Part shown: piece after piece, positions 9,891 through 20,164 of the stretch
Position numbering within the stretch: the stretch's first letter is position 1
How the letters are laid out: each line of letters starts with the position of its first letter
Assembly (NCBI GenBank): GCA_963677495.2
Contig: CAXXOU010000004.1
Coordinates: 1,088,001 to 1,152,000, forward strand
Direction of reading: 5' to 3'
Length of the DNA stretch: 64,000 nucleotides
Source of the DNA: Candidatus Cloacimonadales bacterium
GTDB taxonomy: Bacteria > Cloacimonadota > Cloacimonadia > Cloacimonadales > JAFGVF01
The notes under the pieces: model-generated
Seen by the model: the letters and a program-made list of their open reading frames with translations, nothing else
Told to the model about the DNA's origin: nothing
Database searches by the model: none
Made by a program: the position numbers and the translations under genes

Positions 9891-10330
9891 TGTTTAATCG
9901 AATTTCAGAAGAGATTAAAACGGCAATGAGAGCCAAGGATCAGGAGAGACTTCTGGTACTTCGCTCAATCAAAACAGCCCTGATGAATCTTAAAGTTGAG
10001 CTTATGCGTGAGCCTGAAGAGGATGAAGCTTTAGAGATAGTTTTTAGAGCAGTAAAATCACGTGAACAGGCTATTGAGCTTTATGAAAAAGCCGGTAGAA
10101 CTGAGTTGGCAGATAAAGAACGAGCTGAGATAAAGATTGTTCAAGAGTTTCTGCCAAGTATGCTCACAGCAGATGAACTGAAAGCTGAAGTTGATTTGGC
10201 ATGTGATGAATTGCAAGCAGAATCCATGAAAGACATGGGTAAGGTAATGAAATACCTTAATGAAAAACTTGGCAAAAGAGCTGATGGAAAAACCATGAGT
10301 GGCTTTGTTCGAGCAAGACTTGCAAATTAG
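9890..10330 (+). CDS. GatB/YqeY domain protein
   Basis: IKTAMRAKD..RL.VLR, EFLP, MKDMGKVM, ADGK; follows rpsU. Confidence 0.93.
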   Translation: MFNRISEEIKTAMRAKDQERLLVLRSIKTALMNLKVELMREPEEDEALEIVFRAVKSREQAIELYEKAGRTELADKERAEIKIVQEFLPSMLTADELKAEVDLACDELQAESMKDMGKVMKYLNEKLGKRADGKTMSGFVRARLAN

Positions 10331-10347
10331 TGCCAATAAAATAATTC

Positions 10348-10371
10348 GGGGGAAGCAATTCCCCCTTTTTT
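10348..10371 (+). terminator. Intrinsic terminator inside the rpsU-dnaG-rpoD operon
   Basis: GGGGGAA-gcaa-TTCCCCC + T6. Confidence 0.8.
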
Positions 10372-10385
10372 AATTTGGAGGGAAA

Positions 10386-10904
10386 ATGAAAATTCTTGAT
10401 ATTATCTTATACATCCTGATGGCAGTTATCACATTTTATGGCTGGAAGAAAGGCTTTCTGGCTTCACTACTTCAATTGGTTGGTGTTATCGCTGCATTCC
10501 TACTTGCCGGGAAATATGCACCACTGTTTCAGAATGCCCTCGTGAATAATTTTAGCATAGGTCCGGGAATCTCTATGTTCCTGGCATATCTATTAGTAAT
10601 TATTATAATACTCCTGATTATCCAAGTTATAAGATTAATACTTGAAAGTCTGGTGAAAGCTCTGAATCTGACGATAATTAACAGATTATTAGGAGCGATG
10701 TTTGCCTTTATCAATGGAGTATTGCTGTTTGTTGTACTTATTACTTTTATTGAGATCTCTCCCCTACAGGAATCATTTGTAAATGCTACTGAGAAGTCAG
10801 TGTTTATTACGGGAGTGAGAAATGTGAAGACTGAATTACTTCAGATTATCAACAAACAGGATATTAAGTTTATAAACAAAATTAATGATAAACAAAGCGT
10901 ATAA
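10386..10904 (+). CDS. CvpA-family membrane protein
   Basis: LDIIL..GWKKGF, NRLLGAMF; hydrophobic; adjacent to mutS2. Confidence 0.85.
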   Translation: MKILDIILYILMAVITFYGWKKGFLASLLQLVGVIAAFLLAGKYAPLFQNALVNNFSIGPGISMFLAYLLVIIIILLIIQVIRLILESLVKALNLTIINRLLGAMFAFINGVLLFVVLITFIEISPLQESFVNATEKSVFITGVRNVKTELLQIINKQDIKFINKINDKQSV

Positions 10905-13252
10905 TGGACTATATAAAGCAATTAGAATACGATAAAATAAAAGCTATTTTAGCTGAAGAATGCCAATCCGAAGTCGGAAAGGCTATTGCTCTAAAGCTAA
11001 GACCGGAGCGTAATAAACCGGCAATTGAGTTAAAACTAAAACGTGCTCATGAAACTATTGAGCTGCACTCTTATGGGCATTCAGTTAACTTCGAAGAACT
11101 CACTGTTATCGATGATATCTTTGAGGAACCTTTCCATGGTGTTCTCAACTTTGAAGAGTTTCAGGCTATCTGCAGAAATGTAATTACTTCAAATCTGTTA
11201 AAGAGTTGTGAGGAGGAGTTCAGACCTTACGAACTTACTTCTAAACGACTAAATAAAATCTTAGGTCTTCCCCACATCGAAGAGAAGTTTAAAAAGACTT
11301 TCGGACCGGAAGGTGAAGTACTTGATACAGCTTCCGGAAACCTTAGAAGTATTAGAAGAAACAAGCAGAAGACCAGAACTGATATCATGAAGATTCTTAA
11401 TCGAAAGCTGAATGATTCCGGTTCTCAGAAGTTTATTCAAGAGAAAATAATAACCCAACGTGATGATAGATATGTGATTCCAATTAAGGAGAGCTCTGCC
11501 CCATTTGTTAAAGGAATTGTTCAAGGACGCTCAACGAGTAAATCCTCTGTATATGTAGAACCGGAAGAGGTTGTTGGAAGTAATAACACACTCAGACTCT
11601 TAGGTGAACAGGAAAAGCAGGAGATTTATAAGATTCTAAAAGAGTTCACAGGGATGATTTTAGAAGCTAAGGATGCAATCCTTGAAAACACTAAGATCAT
11701 GGCTGAGTTTGATTACTATTTTGCGATTGCTCGCTATGCAAAAACATTTAAGGCTGAGATCCCTAAACTCGTTGAAGAAGCAAGAATTAAACTAATTCAT
11801 GCAAGACACCCACTCTTGATACATCAGTTCAAGAATATTCAGAAAGTTATCCCATTTGATATGGAATTGGGTGAAGATTACAACCTTCTAATACTATCCG
11901 GACCAAACACAGGTGGTAAGACTATCACAATGAAAGCAGTTGGTTTGCTTACAATGATGGCTCTATCCGGTTTACCTATACCGGCTGATGAGGATAGTGA
12001 GATTGGCTTGTTTAAAGCCTTCTATACAGATATTGGTGATGGTCAGTCCTTAGAAAACTCATTAAGTACATTCTCTTCACATATTGCAAATATCAGGTTC
12101 ATGCTCGAAAAAGCACGTGGTAGATCTTTAGTCTTAATCGATGAGATTGGTGCTGCAACTGATCCTGAACAGGGTTCTGCGATTGCACAAGCAGTACTCG
12201 AGACACTTGCCCGAAAGAATGTGAAAGGTATAATCACGACCCACTATACTGCATTGAAGGTATTTGCTGAGCAATCTAAAACATGTATGAATGCATCGAT
12301 GCAGTTTGATTCTGAGAAACTTACACCTACATATAAATTCGTACCGGGATTACCCGGTGATAGCTTCGCGATTGAAGTTGCTGAGAATCTTGGAATGAAA
12401 AAGGGTTTCATTGATAGAGCTAAAAAGTTAGCCGGTACTCAGAATATTGAGTTCACTGAAATCTTAAGCAAACTGGAAGAGCAGAAGAAACTGCATGCCA
12501 GACAGAAGTATGAGTTTGAGCTAAAGACTAGATTGTATGAAAAGAAGATAGATGAGCTAAATGATAAGATCGAGCAAGTTGAAGAGGAAAAAACAACGAT
12601 ACGCAAGAAAGCTCTGAAAGATGCCAGAAACTACCTGACAACAATGCAGAAAGAGCTGAACAACGACTTAACTGAGATCAGAAAGCTTGATAAGCAGGAG
12701 CGTAAAGAAAAGAGCAAACAATCTCTTACTAAAGTAGTTCGACTTCAGAAGAAGATAAAAGAGGAATTTGAAGAGATTGACCCACAGGGTCGAGGAAAGA
12801 TAAAGAACCCTAGAATTGGTCAGAAAGTATGGTTGGCAAACTTCGAAACAGAAGCCTTAATAACAGATCTTAAAAATGGTAAAGTTATTGTTGACATGGA
12901 TGGAATCGCTTTCACTACTGAAGTTGGAAATCTGTATACTCCAAACATCCAAGCAGACCCTAAGAAAAGTGAAGCATTAGTTCGTCAACCTGATACAACT
13001 GAGAAAAGTTTTAAAACAGAATTGAAATTGCTTGGACTGACTTTCTCCGATTCTCAGCCTTTGATTGATGAATTTATTGATAATGCAGTTCTTGGTGGTC
13101 TCAATAAGTTACGCATTGTTCATGGTAAAGGTACAGGAGTTCTCAGAAACAAGGTTAGATATTATTTAAAAAGGATGAAGCAGGTAAAATCAATTCACAC
13201 TCCATCTGCAGATGTTGGTGGTGATGGTGTTACTGTCGTGGTATTGAAATAG
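10904..13252 (+). CDS. mutS2: Endonuclease MutS2
   Basis: GPNTGGKT, QSLENSLSTFSSH, DEIGAATDPEQG, C-terminal Smr HGKGTGVLR. Confidence 0.96.
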   Translation: MDYIKQLEYDKIKAILAEECQSEVGKAIALKLRPERNKPAIELKLKRAHETIELHSYGHSVNFEELTVIDDIFEEPFHGVLNFEEFQAICRNVITSNLLKSCEEEFRPYELTSKRLNKILGLPHIEEKFKKTFGPEGEVLDTASGNLRSIRRNKQKTRTDIMKILNRKLNDSGSQKFIQEKIITQRDDRYVIPIKESSAPFVKGIVQGRSTSKSSVYVEPEEVVGSNNTLRLLGEQEKQEIYKILKEFTGMILEAKDAILENTKIMAEFDYYFAIARYAKTFKAEIPKLVEEARIKLIHARHPLLIHQFKNIQKVIPFDMELGEDYNLLILSGPNTGGKTITMKAVGLLTMMALSGLPIPADEDSEIGLFKAFYTDIGDGQSLENSLSTFSSHIANIRFMLEKARGRSLVLIDEIGAATDPEQGSAIAQAVLETLARKNVKGIITTHYTALKVFAEQSKTCMNASMQFDSEKLTPTYKFVPGLPGDSFAIEVAENLGMKKGFIDRAKKLAGTQNIEFTEILSKLEEQKKLHARQKYEFELKTRLYEKKIDELNDKIEQVEEEKTTIRKKALKDARNYLTTMQKELNNDLTEIRKLDKQERKEKSKQSLTKVVRLQKKIKEEFEEIDPQGRGKIKNPRIGQKVWLANFETEALITDLKNGKVIVDMDGIAFTTEVGNLYTPNIQADPKKSEALVRQPDTTEKSFKTELKLLGLTFSDSQPLIDEFIDNAVLGGLNKLRIVHGKGTGVLRNKVRYYLKRMKQVKSIHTPSADVGGDGVTVVVLK

Positions 13253-14976
13253 TGGAACAATCCCTAATAGAAGAGATAAGACAAGCCAATAACATTGTTG
13301 ATGTTATCAGTAGCTATATTCCAATCAAAAAGAGCGGAGCCAGCTTCAAAGCTTTATGCCCTTTCCATGATGATAAACATCCTTCTATGATGATTAGTCC
13401 ACAAAAACAGATATTCAAATGCTTTGTTTGTGGGAAAGGTGGTAATGTATTCACCTTTGTTCAAGAGTATGAGAAAATCACCTTTATGGAAGCCGTAAGA
13501 AAGCTTGCTGAGCGAGTTGGTATTACAATCAAAGAAACAAAACAAGCTAAGGTTGTCAGAACCCGTAATCAATTACTGCTTGAAGTTTATGATTCAACTA
13601 AAGAGTACTTTAAGAACAATCTCCATAAATTTGGTGACTCTGTTTTAGAATATCTTGTCAACCGGGGAATTGATAAGGATGTAATTACTAACTTCGACAT
13701 TGGGTACTCTTTGAATAGCTTTACCGGATTAAAAAGCTATCTTTTAAAACAACACTTTGGTACTGATATCCTGAAAGAATCCGGCTTATTTGGTTTTAAC
13801 CAGAATGGGGCTTTCGATCTGTTTAGAGAACGACTGATGTTTCCTATTCATTCCGCCAGTGGTAAAGTAGTTGCTTTTGGTGGAAGAAAACTGAGTGATG
13901 ACCAACCCGGTGGAAAATATATTAATTCCCCAACTACTCCTCTTTATACAAAGGGTAGGGAGTTGTACGGATTCTTCTTAACAAAGTTTGAGATAAACAA
14001 GCTGGATTATGCAATAGTCTGTGAAGGTTATATGGATTTTTTACGGCTTTACAGTTCCGGTTATAAGAACTGTGTTGCTTCTTTAGGAACTGCACTTACT
14101 GAGGACCAACTCAAACTATTGAAGCAGTTTTCTACCAGAATATATATGGCTTATGATGGAGATGATGCAGGAGTTAAAGCTGCAATACGCGGAGCAACAA
14201 TAGCATTAGGTGCAGGTTTCAAACCATTCATTATTGAGATGCCTACCGGTGAGGATCCTGACAGTTTCCTCTTGAAAAACGGGAATGAGAGCTTTAAAAC
14301 CCTTATTGAAAAAGCCTTACCATTTGTAGAATTCTACTCCTCTACAAGTAAAATAAAACTTGACAAAAAGGGTAGAATTAATGATTTACTTCAAGTCTTA
14401 AATAGCATCTCAGATGAGATTGCAAAGGACTTATTAATAAAGGAGATATCGGATTCCTTTAAAGTTAAGGAGAGCTCAATTCGGAAGAGCCTGTCAGGCA
14501 AATCCCGTAGAAGAGATGAACCTCAACAAGAGAATAAGTCTAATGTAGTTTCACGATTCACAGAAGAGAAATATGCTTTAATTGCAGCATTGAATGGGAA
14601 TTTGTTTGAGCATCTATTAGAAGAGGTGGATGAGAGCTATTTCTTTGTCGAAAAGTATAGAAATATTTTTGATTTCATAAATATGAATTATAATGATATT
14701 ATAGGGATTAATGAGCCTTCAGCTATTCTGAACCTCACAACAGACCCTGAAATACTAAGTACATTAAGTGAATTAATCTATGAGGAGTCACCTAAAGCTC
14801 CCATTGATAAGTTCATTATAGAGATGAAGCTTAGAAGACTTAAAGAAGACTTTGAAGTGGTGAGTAATAAGATTGCCCTGAACCCTGATGACACTGAACT
14901 GTATAAGGAAAAAGAGTATATACGCACCCAGATACGATTACTTGGAGCCCAAGTGATCAGTAAGACATTACATTAA
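13252..14976 (+). CDS. dnaG: DNA primase
   Basis: CPFHDD..CFVC Zn finger, KYINSP, EGYMD, YDGDDAG TOPRIM. Confidence 0.97.
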   Translation: MEQSLIEEIRQANNIVDVISSYIPIKKSGASFKALCPFHDDKHPSMMISPQKQIFKCFVCGKGGNVFTFVQEYEKITFMEAVRKLAERVGITIKETKQAKVVRTRNQLLLEVYDSTKEYFKNNLHKFGDSVLEYLVNRGIDKDVITNFDIGYSLNSFTGLKSYLLKQHFGTDILKESGLFGFNQNGAFDLFRERLMFPIHSASGKVVAFGGRKLSDDQPGGKYINSPTTPLYTKGRELYGFFLTKFEINKLDYAIVCEGYMDFLRLYSSGYKNCVASLGTALTEDQLKLLKQFSTRIYMAYDGDDAGVKAAIRGATIALGAGFKPFIIEMPTGEDPDSFLLKNGNESFKTLIEKALPFVEFYSSTSKIKLDKKGRINDLLQVLNSISDEIAKDLLIKEISDSFKVKESSIRKSLSGKSRRRDEPQQENKSNVVSRFTEEKYALIAALNGNLFEHLLEEVDESYFFVEKYRNIFDFINMNYNDIIGINEPSAILNLTTDPEILSTLSELIYEESPKAPIDKFIIEMKLRRLKEDFEVVSNKIALNPDDTELYKEKEYIRTQIRLLGAQVISKTLH

Positions 14977-14985
14977 GGAGCATTA

Positions 14986-16725
14986 ATGCTAAGTTACAAC
15001 GATTGCGTTAAGAAACTGGCTGAGCTAGGAAAAGATAACGGCTACATCACTTATAAACAGATTAATGAGGTGTTGCCGGATAGTCCGATTTTCCTGGATA
15101 AGATTGATGAAATTATTGTTGAACTCAACGACGAAGGTATTGAGGTAATCGACGAGACTGAGAAGAGAATTACAAAACGCTCCACTACTAAGAAGGCTAC
15201 GCCTACTAAGAAGTATCAATCTAAACGTTATTATGATGACCCTGTGAGAATGTATCTGCGTGAAATGGGTCGTGTTCCACTTCTTGACCGTGAGGGTGAA
15301 ATTCGCATCGCCAAGAAGATTGAGACAGCCCAGAAAATGATTACTCATAATGTTTATAAATCGGGTAGTACACTCCGTGAGATGTTCAACTTCCTTTATA
15401 GATTCAATGAGAAACGAGTTCGTCTTGATCAGATTTTTAAGATGGAACTTGGTAGTTGGATGGATAAGTCTCAAGATGAGAAACTTGTTGTAAGATTCTC
15501 AGATATTTTGAAAGACACTGAAGTCTATTTCAATGAGATTGGAGATATTCTTGATAATACCGAGTATGATGATACTGGTACTGCTGAAAGGCAGGAAGAG
15601 ATCGATTCCAAAAGGACATATATTGTTGATCAATATAGCACACTTTCTTTCAACGATAAACTCATTAAGAGAATGGTCTACAGAGTAAAAAGTCTTGTTG
15701 ACAGAATCGAAGAGAGTAACAAAGCTATTAGTGATTTAACTAGAATTAAGCGTTATACTATAGATGAGATTTGCACTTTTGGTAGAAGAGCTAAGAAATC
15801 TGATAGTGACTTTGCTGAAGTTAAATCTGAGACCAATGTCGATCCTACTCTATTCATAGAGACTTTAAGAAAAATAAAGAATGCAAGACGTAAAATCAGA
15901 CGTGTTGAGCTTGAAACACGCATGACTGCCAATGAGCTTATCTTCCTCTCCCGCGAAATCAGTCGTGGTGAGAAGATGAAAGAGAAAGCTCAGAATGATA
16001 TGATTGAAGCTAACGTTCGTCTTGTTATTAGTATTGCAAAACGCTACAACAACCGTGGTCTTGACTTCCTTGATTTGATTCAGGAAGGTAATACCGGTTT
16101 GATGCGAGCTGTTGAAAAATATGACTACCGTAAAGGTTATAAGTTTAGTACTTATGCTACATGGTGGATTAGACAAGCAATTACAAGAGCTATCGCTGAC
16201 CAGGCACGTACAATCCGTGTTCCTGTGCATATGATAGAATCTATCAATAAAATCAATAGAACAAGTCGTCGTCTCATGCAGAAACTTGGAAGAGATCCAT
16301 ATCCCGAAGAGATCGCAGCAGCACTTGATATGCCGGTAGAGAAAGTTAAGAGTATTCTCTCTATCTCTAAAGAACCGGTTTCTCTTGATAAGCCTATCGG
16401 TAATGATAATGAAGACAGTATCCTTGGTGATTTCATCGAAGATAAGTCTACTATTACACCGGAAAGAATGGCAGAAAGAACACTTCTTAAGAAGCAGGTG
16501 GATGAGGTACTTCAAACACTTACTGCTCGTGAAGAGAAAGTTATCAGGCTCCGTTTTGGTATTGATGATGGCTTCCATAGAACGCTTGAAGAAGTGGGAC
16601 ATATTTTCGGAGTTACCCGTGAGCGAATAAGACAGATTGAGGACAAGGCACTTAAGAAATTGAGACATCCTACCAGAAGTCAGCAACTTCACGAATTCTT
16701 TAGAAACTTCAATGTTAAGGAATAG
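14986..16725 (+). CDS. rpoD: Primary sigma factor sigma-70
   Basis: [48 protein letters not shown]. Confidence 0.98.
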   Translation: MLSYNDCVKKLAELGKDNGYITYKQINEVLPDSPIFLDKIDEIIVELNDEGIEVIDETEKRITKRSTTKKATPTKKYQSKRYYDDPVRMYLREMGRVPLLDREGEIRIAKKIETAQKMITHNVYKSGSTLREMFNFLYRFNEKRVRLDQIFKMELGSWMDKSQDEKLVVRFSDILKDTEVYFNEIGDILDNTEYDDTGTAERQEEIDSKRTYIVDQYSTLSFNDKLIKRMVYRVKSLVDRIEESNKAISDLTRIKRYTIDEICTFGRRAKKSDSDFAEVKSETNVDPTLFIETLRKIKNARRKIRRVELETRMTANELIFLSREISRGEKMKEKAQNDMIEANVRLVISIAKRYNNRGLDFLDLIQEGNTGLMRAVEKYDYRKGYKFSTYATWWIRQAITRAIADQARTIRVPVHMIESINKINRTSRRLMQKLGRDPYPEEIAAALDMPVEKVKSILSISKEPVSLDKPIGNDNEDSILGDFIEDKSTITPERMAERTLLKKQVDEVLQTLTAREEKVIRLRFGIDDGFHRTLEEVGHIFGVTRERIRQIEDKALKKLRHPTRSQQLHEFFRNFNVKE

Positions 16726-16794
16726 TGTATAAACCTGCACATTCTGCTTGACAGTTCCACGTGAATTGAAAAGTTATCATACTAATTAAACAAA

Positions 16795-16870
16795 GGACCT
16801 ATAGCTCAGTTGGTAGAGCTTCCGGCTCATAACCGGACGGTCAGAGGTTCGACTCCTCTTGGGTCCACCA
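16795..16870 (+). tRNA. tRNA with CAT anticodon, most likely tRNA-Ile2 (lysidine)
   Basis: GGACCTA/TGGGTCC acceptor stem, TCCGG-CTCATAA-CCGGA anticodon arm, GGTTCGA T-loop, encoded CCA; paired G1-C72 excludes initiator. Confidence 0.93.
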
Positions 16871-16893
16871 GTGACCAATCCCGAAAGGGTTCA

Positions 16894-17030
16894 TAAATAA
16901 AAGTCCACCTTGTGTGGGCTTTTTTATAACTATTACTTTTGCTAAATAAAAGTCCACCTTGTGTGGGCTTTTTTTATAACTACCACTTTGGTGAATAAGT
17001 AAAAAGTCCACTTTCTAGTGGACTTTTCTT
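16894..17030. terminator. Three tandem terminator hairpins (49-bp duplication plus a variant)
   Basis: AAAAGTCCAC-cttgt-GTGGGCTTTTT twice, then AAAAGTCCACT-ttct-AGTGGACTTTT. Confidence 0.8.
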
Positions 17031-17047
17031 TATTATACGAAACTCTC

Positions 17048-18151
17048 TTATATGTTATCTAATAATGATAGATACACTTTGATACCTACTTCTATAGCAT
17101 CACCACTAGGCAGGAAATATGACGAATGAAGTCCAAACTCTGTTTCACCGGTTCCTAACCAAAAGAGCAAGGATGGATAAATAGTAGAGAAGAATCCAAA
17201 GTCTTCTCCCGTCATTACTGTTTCTGCTTCTTTGAAAGAAATATCAGTATCATTTATTGCATCTTTAAAGCACTGATAAAGCTCAGAGTTATTATCCACA
17301 GCTTCATAAACAGAGACTTCTCTGAAAGTAAATTTAGCTCCGGTAATTGCTTCAACTGCTTTTCCTGTTTCCATAATCATAGTGTTCATTAATTGGTGGT
17401 TCTCAGCTGTTAAGGTTCTGTGAGTTCCCTGTAATGAACATCCACTTGCTAATATATTCTCTGCATCGCCACCATCGAACTTCCCAATATGGAAGATTAT
17501 GGGGTCTGTGGAACTAAAACGCTTTGTTATTGCTGATTGCATCATGTTATAGAATTGAACACCGGCATATATTGCATCAACACCTTTATGCGGGAAAGCT
17601 GCATGTGAGTTCTTACCTTCAAACTCAACTATAAACTCTTCAGGTATACCAAAGAAAATACCCGGTTTAGTTGATACAGTACCGACCGGAAGATCCGGAT
17701 TTGCGTGCAAAGCAAAGGCATTCTTAATATCCCAATTATCCAGAATCTTACTCTTAAGTATATGCTCTGCCCCACCTTTTCCCTCTTCAGCCGGTTGGAA
17801 TAGAAACAGTAGATTCTTCTTTGGTTTTAACTTACAAACTTGGAGTATGAACCCAATCATAACTGTCATATGGATATCATGACCACATGCATGCATTAAA
17901 CCTTCATGCTCAGACATGAAACCACAATCTGTTTGTTCCTGCAATGGCAACGCATCAATATCTGATCTAAACATTGAATAAGCATCATCACTACCATTAT
18001 ACTCAACAATCAGTCCTGTAGGCTCCAATTTAGTTATTCTAAGCTCTTTATACACTGAAAGAGTATCATATATGTATTGAGTTGTTTTAATCTCTTTAAA
18101 GGCCAGTTCCGGGATTCTATGGAGGTCTTCCCTTATCTTACTTAGATTCAT
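17048..18151 (-). CDS. M20 amidohydrolase (N-acetyl-diaminopimelate deacetylase-like)
   Basis: LHRIPEL, RSDIDALP, MHACGHD, QPAEEG, GEDFG; next to asd. Confidence 0.88.
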   Translation of the reverse strand: MNLSKIREDLHRIPELAFKEIKTTQYIYDTLSVYKELRITKLEPTGLIVEYNGSDDAYSMFRSDIDALPLQEQTDCGFMSEHEGLMHACGHDIHMTVMIGFILQVCKLKPKKNLLFLFQPAEEGKGGAEHILKSKILDNWDIKNAFALHANPDLPVGTVSTKPGIFFGIPEEFIVEFEGKNSHAAFPHKGVDAIYAGVQFYNMMQSAITKRFSSTDPIIFHIGKFDGGDAENILASGCSLQGTHRTLTAENHQLMNTMIMETGKAVEAITGAKFTFREVSVYEAVDNNSELYQCFKDAINDTDISFKEAETVMTGEDFGFFSTIYPSLLFWLGTGETEFGLHSSYFLPSGDAIEVGIKVYLSLLDNI

Positions 18152-19142
18152 CTCTCCCCTCTTCTTCAGTTCTATTTAGCTCGCACATCTTCTTCAAAAT
18201 TCTTACTGCATTCAAAGCTGCACCTAATCTTATATTGTCAGCAACACACCAGAAGGCGAGTGATTTATCATCTACTCCATACCTGAGTCTTGAAACATAG
18301 CTCTCATTTGTTCCTTCAATATCTAGAGGTGTATCAAAACTTTCAGAGTTAACCTTAACAGATTCCATATTCTCAATTACTTCAGATGCTTTGTGTAAAT
18401 CTACTTTATTCTTGAACTCACAATAGATAGATTCAGAGTGTCCACAAACAACAGGTACCCTCACAGTTGTAGCTGAGACTTTTACTCCATACTTCCCGAG
18501 GATTTTGTTAGTTTCAAACCGCATCTTTTCCTCTTCATCTGTGTACAAGTCATCGCGAAAAGTTCCAATTTCAGGTAACACATTTCTATGGATTTGTTTA
18601 CTGTATAGCTTGCTTTCATTTTTCCCTTTTTCCTGCTCTTCCAGCTCAGAGATACCCTTTCTTCCGCTGCCTGAAACCGACTGATATGTGGAAACAACCA
18701 CTTTTTCTAAATCATATTCTTTATCCAGAGCTGCTAATGGTAAAACCATCTGTATTGTTGAACAGTTAGGATTGGCTACGATTCCCTGATAATCTTTTAG
18801 CACATCCCCATTGATTTCCGGCACAACTAAAGGAATATTGTTATCTCTTCTAAATGCACTTGAGTTATCTATTACAATGTTTCCATTAGCAACAGCGATT
18901 GGAGCAAATCTAACTGATATTGAACTCCCTGCAGAGAACAAGAGATAATCATACTTCTCCCGCATAACTTTATCGGTAAGCTCTTCAACTATATACTTTT
19001 TACCTTTAAAACAGATACGCTTACCTGCTGATTTAGCAGAAGCAAAGGGCCTAATCTCAGTTACAGGTATCTCCATCTCCTCAAGTACTTGAAGCATCAT
19101 TCTTCCTACTTCACCTGTAGCACCTACAACTCCTATTTTCAT
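18138..19142 (-). CDS. asd: Aspartate-semialdehyde dehydrogenase
   Basis: GATGEVG, DNSSAFR, NPNCSTIQ, ADNIRLGAALNA. Confidence 0.97.
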   Translation of the reverse strand: MKIGVVGATGEVGRMMLQVLEEMEIPVTEIRPFASAKSAGKRICFKGKKYIVEELTDKVMREKYDYLLFSAGSSISVRFAPIAVANGNIVIDNSSAFRRDNNIPLVVPEINGDVLKDYQGIVANPNCSTIQMVLPLAALDKEYDLEKVVVSTYQSVSGSGRKGISELEEQEKGKNESKLYSKQIHRNVLPEIGTFRDDLYTDEEEKMRFETNKILGKYGVKVSATTVRVPVVCGHSESIYCEFKNKVDLHKASEVIENMESVKVNSESFDTPLDIEGTNESYVSRLRYGVDDKSLAFWCVADNIRLGAALNAVRILKKMCELNRTEEEGRDESK

Positions 19143-19927
19143 CTATTTAATCTCCTGAATTCATTGATAAAACTTCTCACTCTCTCCACATCAATCTCAT
19201 TATTCCAAAGACCATCTTTCTTAAGATATGATCCAACTATGAAACCATTTGCATAAGGATAATACTCTTTCAGATTATCAGTTGTTAACCCTGATCCTAC
19301 AAAGATTGGAAGTTTGCTAACATCTCGAACTTCCTTCAAATCATTACATGATGCAGGTATACCTGTAGAACTACCTGTAATAATCAATCCATCTGTTAGA
19401 AAGAACTCAGCAGCAGTAGCATGTTCGGCTAGTGATAGGTCTGCAGTGATTGCATGGGATGAATGCTTCTTTTTAATGTCTGTATATATTTTTACATCAC
19501 CAGCACCAATACTTTTTCTATATCTCAACAACTCCCCGGCACAGCTATCCATAAATCCCTCATCAGCAACATGAGCATAAACGAAACCTTCAGCTCGAAT
19601 AAAATCCAGTCCCGTTGCGTGTGCAACTGCTAACGCCTCTTTATTACATCCTGCAAGAATCTGAATTCCACATGGTTTAGTTGTAAGCTTACGTATCTCA
19701 TGTGCTATTATTGTCATACTACTAACAATTTCAGGAGTACAAACTCTATTCATATATGGAACATCATGCATGTTTTCTATGATAATTCCATCAACACCTT
19801 CTGATAATAACAGTTGTGCTTCTTCGACTGCGATATCCACAACCTGTGACGGGCTAAGCTCATTCAAAGGTGTTCCCGGTAAAGCACGCACATGAACCAT
19901 GCCATAAACATTCTTTTTCATCTTCAT
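19139..19927 (-). CDS. BtpA/SgcQ-family TIM-barrel protein
   Basis: GMVH..ALPGTP, IENMHDVPY, DIKKKH, ITGSSTG. Confidence 0.92.
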   Translation of the reverse strand: MKMKKNVYGMVHVRALPGTPLNELSPSQVVDIAVEEAQLLLSEGVDGIIIENMHDVPYMNRVCTPEIVSSMTIIAHEIRKLTTKPCGIQILAGCNKEALAVAHATGLDFIRAEGFVYAHVADEGFMDSCAGELLRYRKSIGAGDVKIYTDIKKKHSSHAITADLSLAEHATAAEFFLTDGLIITGSSTGIPASCNDLKEVRDVSKLPIFVGSGLTTDNLKEYYPYANGFIVGSYLKKDGLWNNEIDVERVRSFINEFRRLNR

Positions 19928-20164
19928 ATAATTTCCTCTGTTACTAATAAAAAGAAGATTTCATTTAGGGCAAGGAAATTAAGAAAGTAGTTTTTTTACT
20001 ACACCGGTTTACAATAGAAAGCAAAAAAAGCCCCGGTAATACAAACCAAAGGCTTTTCCACTCCTTATATATCAAAAAGTTGTATAAACACATAATCCAG
20101 GCTGACAGGTGGTTCAAAGAATTCTCGTCCCGGGAACCACCTTAAACCTGTTTAGTGTATTAGT

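Noticed and set aside
15865..16740. 291-aa antisense ORF
   Set aside because: Shadow of conserved rpoD regions 2-4; no recognisable motifs
20097..20155. Riboswitch or ncRNA upstream of btpA-asd
   Set aside because: Only a 3'-UTR stem (AGGTGGTTC/GAACCACCT) of the regulator gene followed by a terminator; no lysine or other riboswitch consensus recognised
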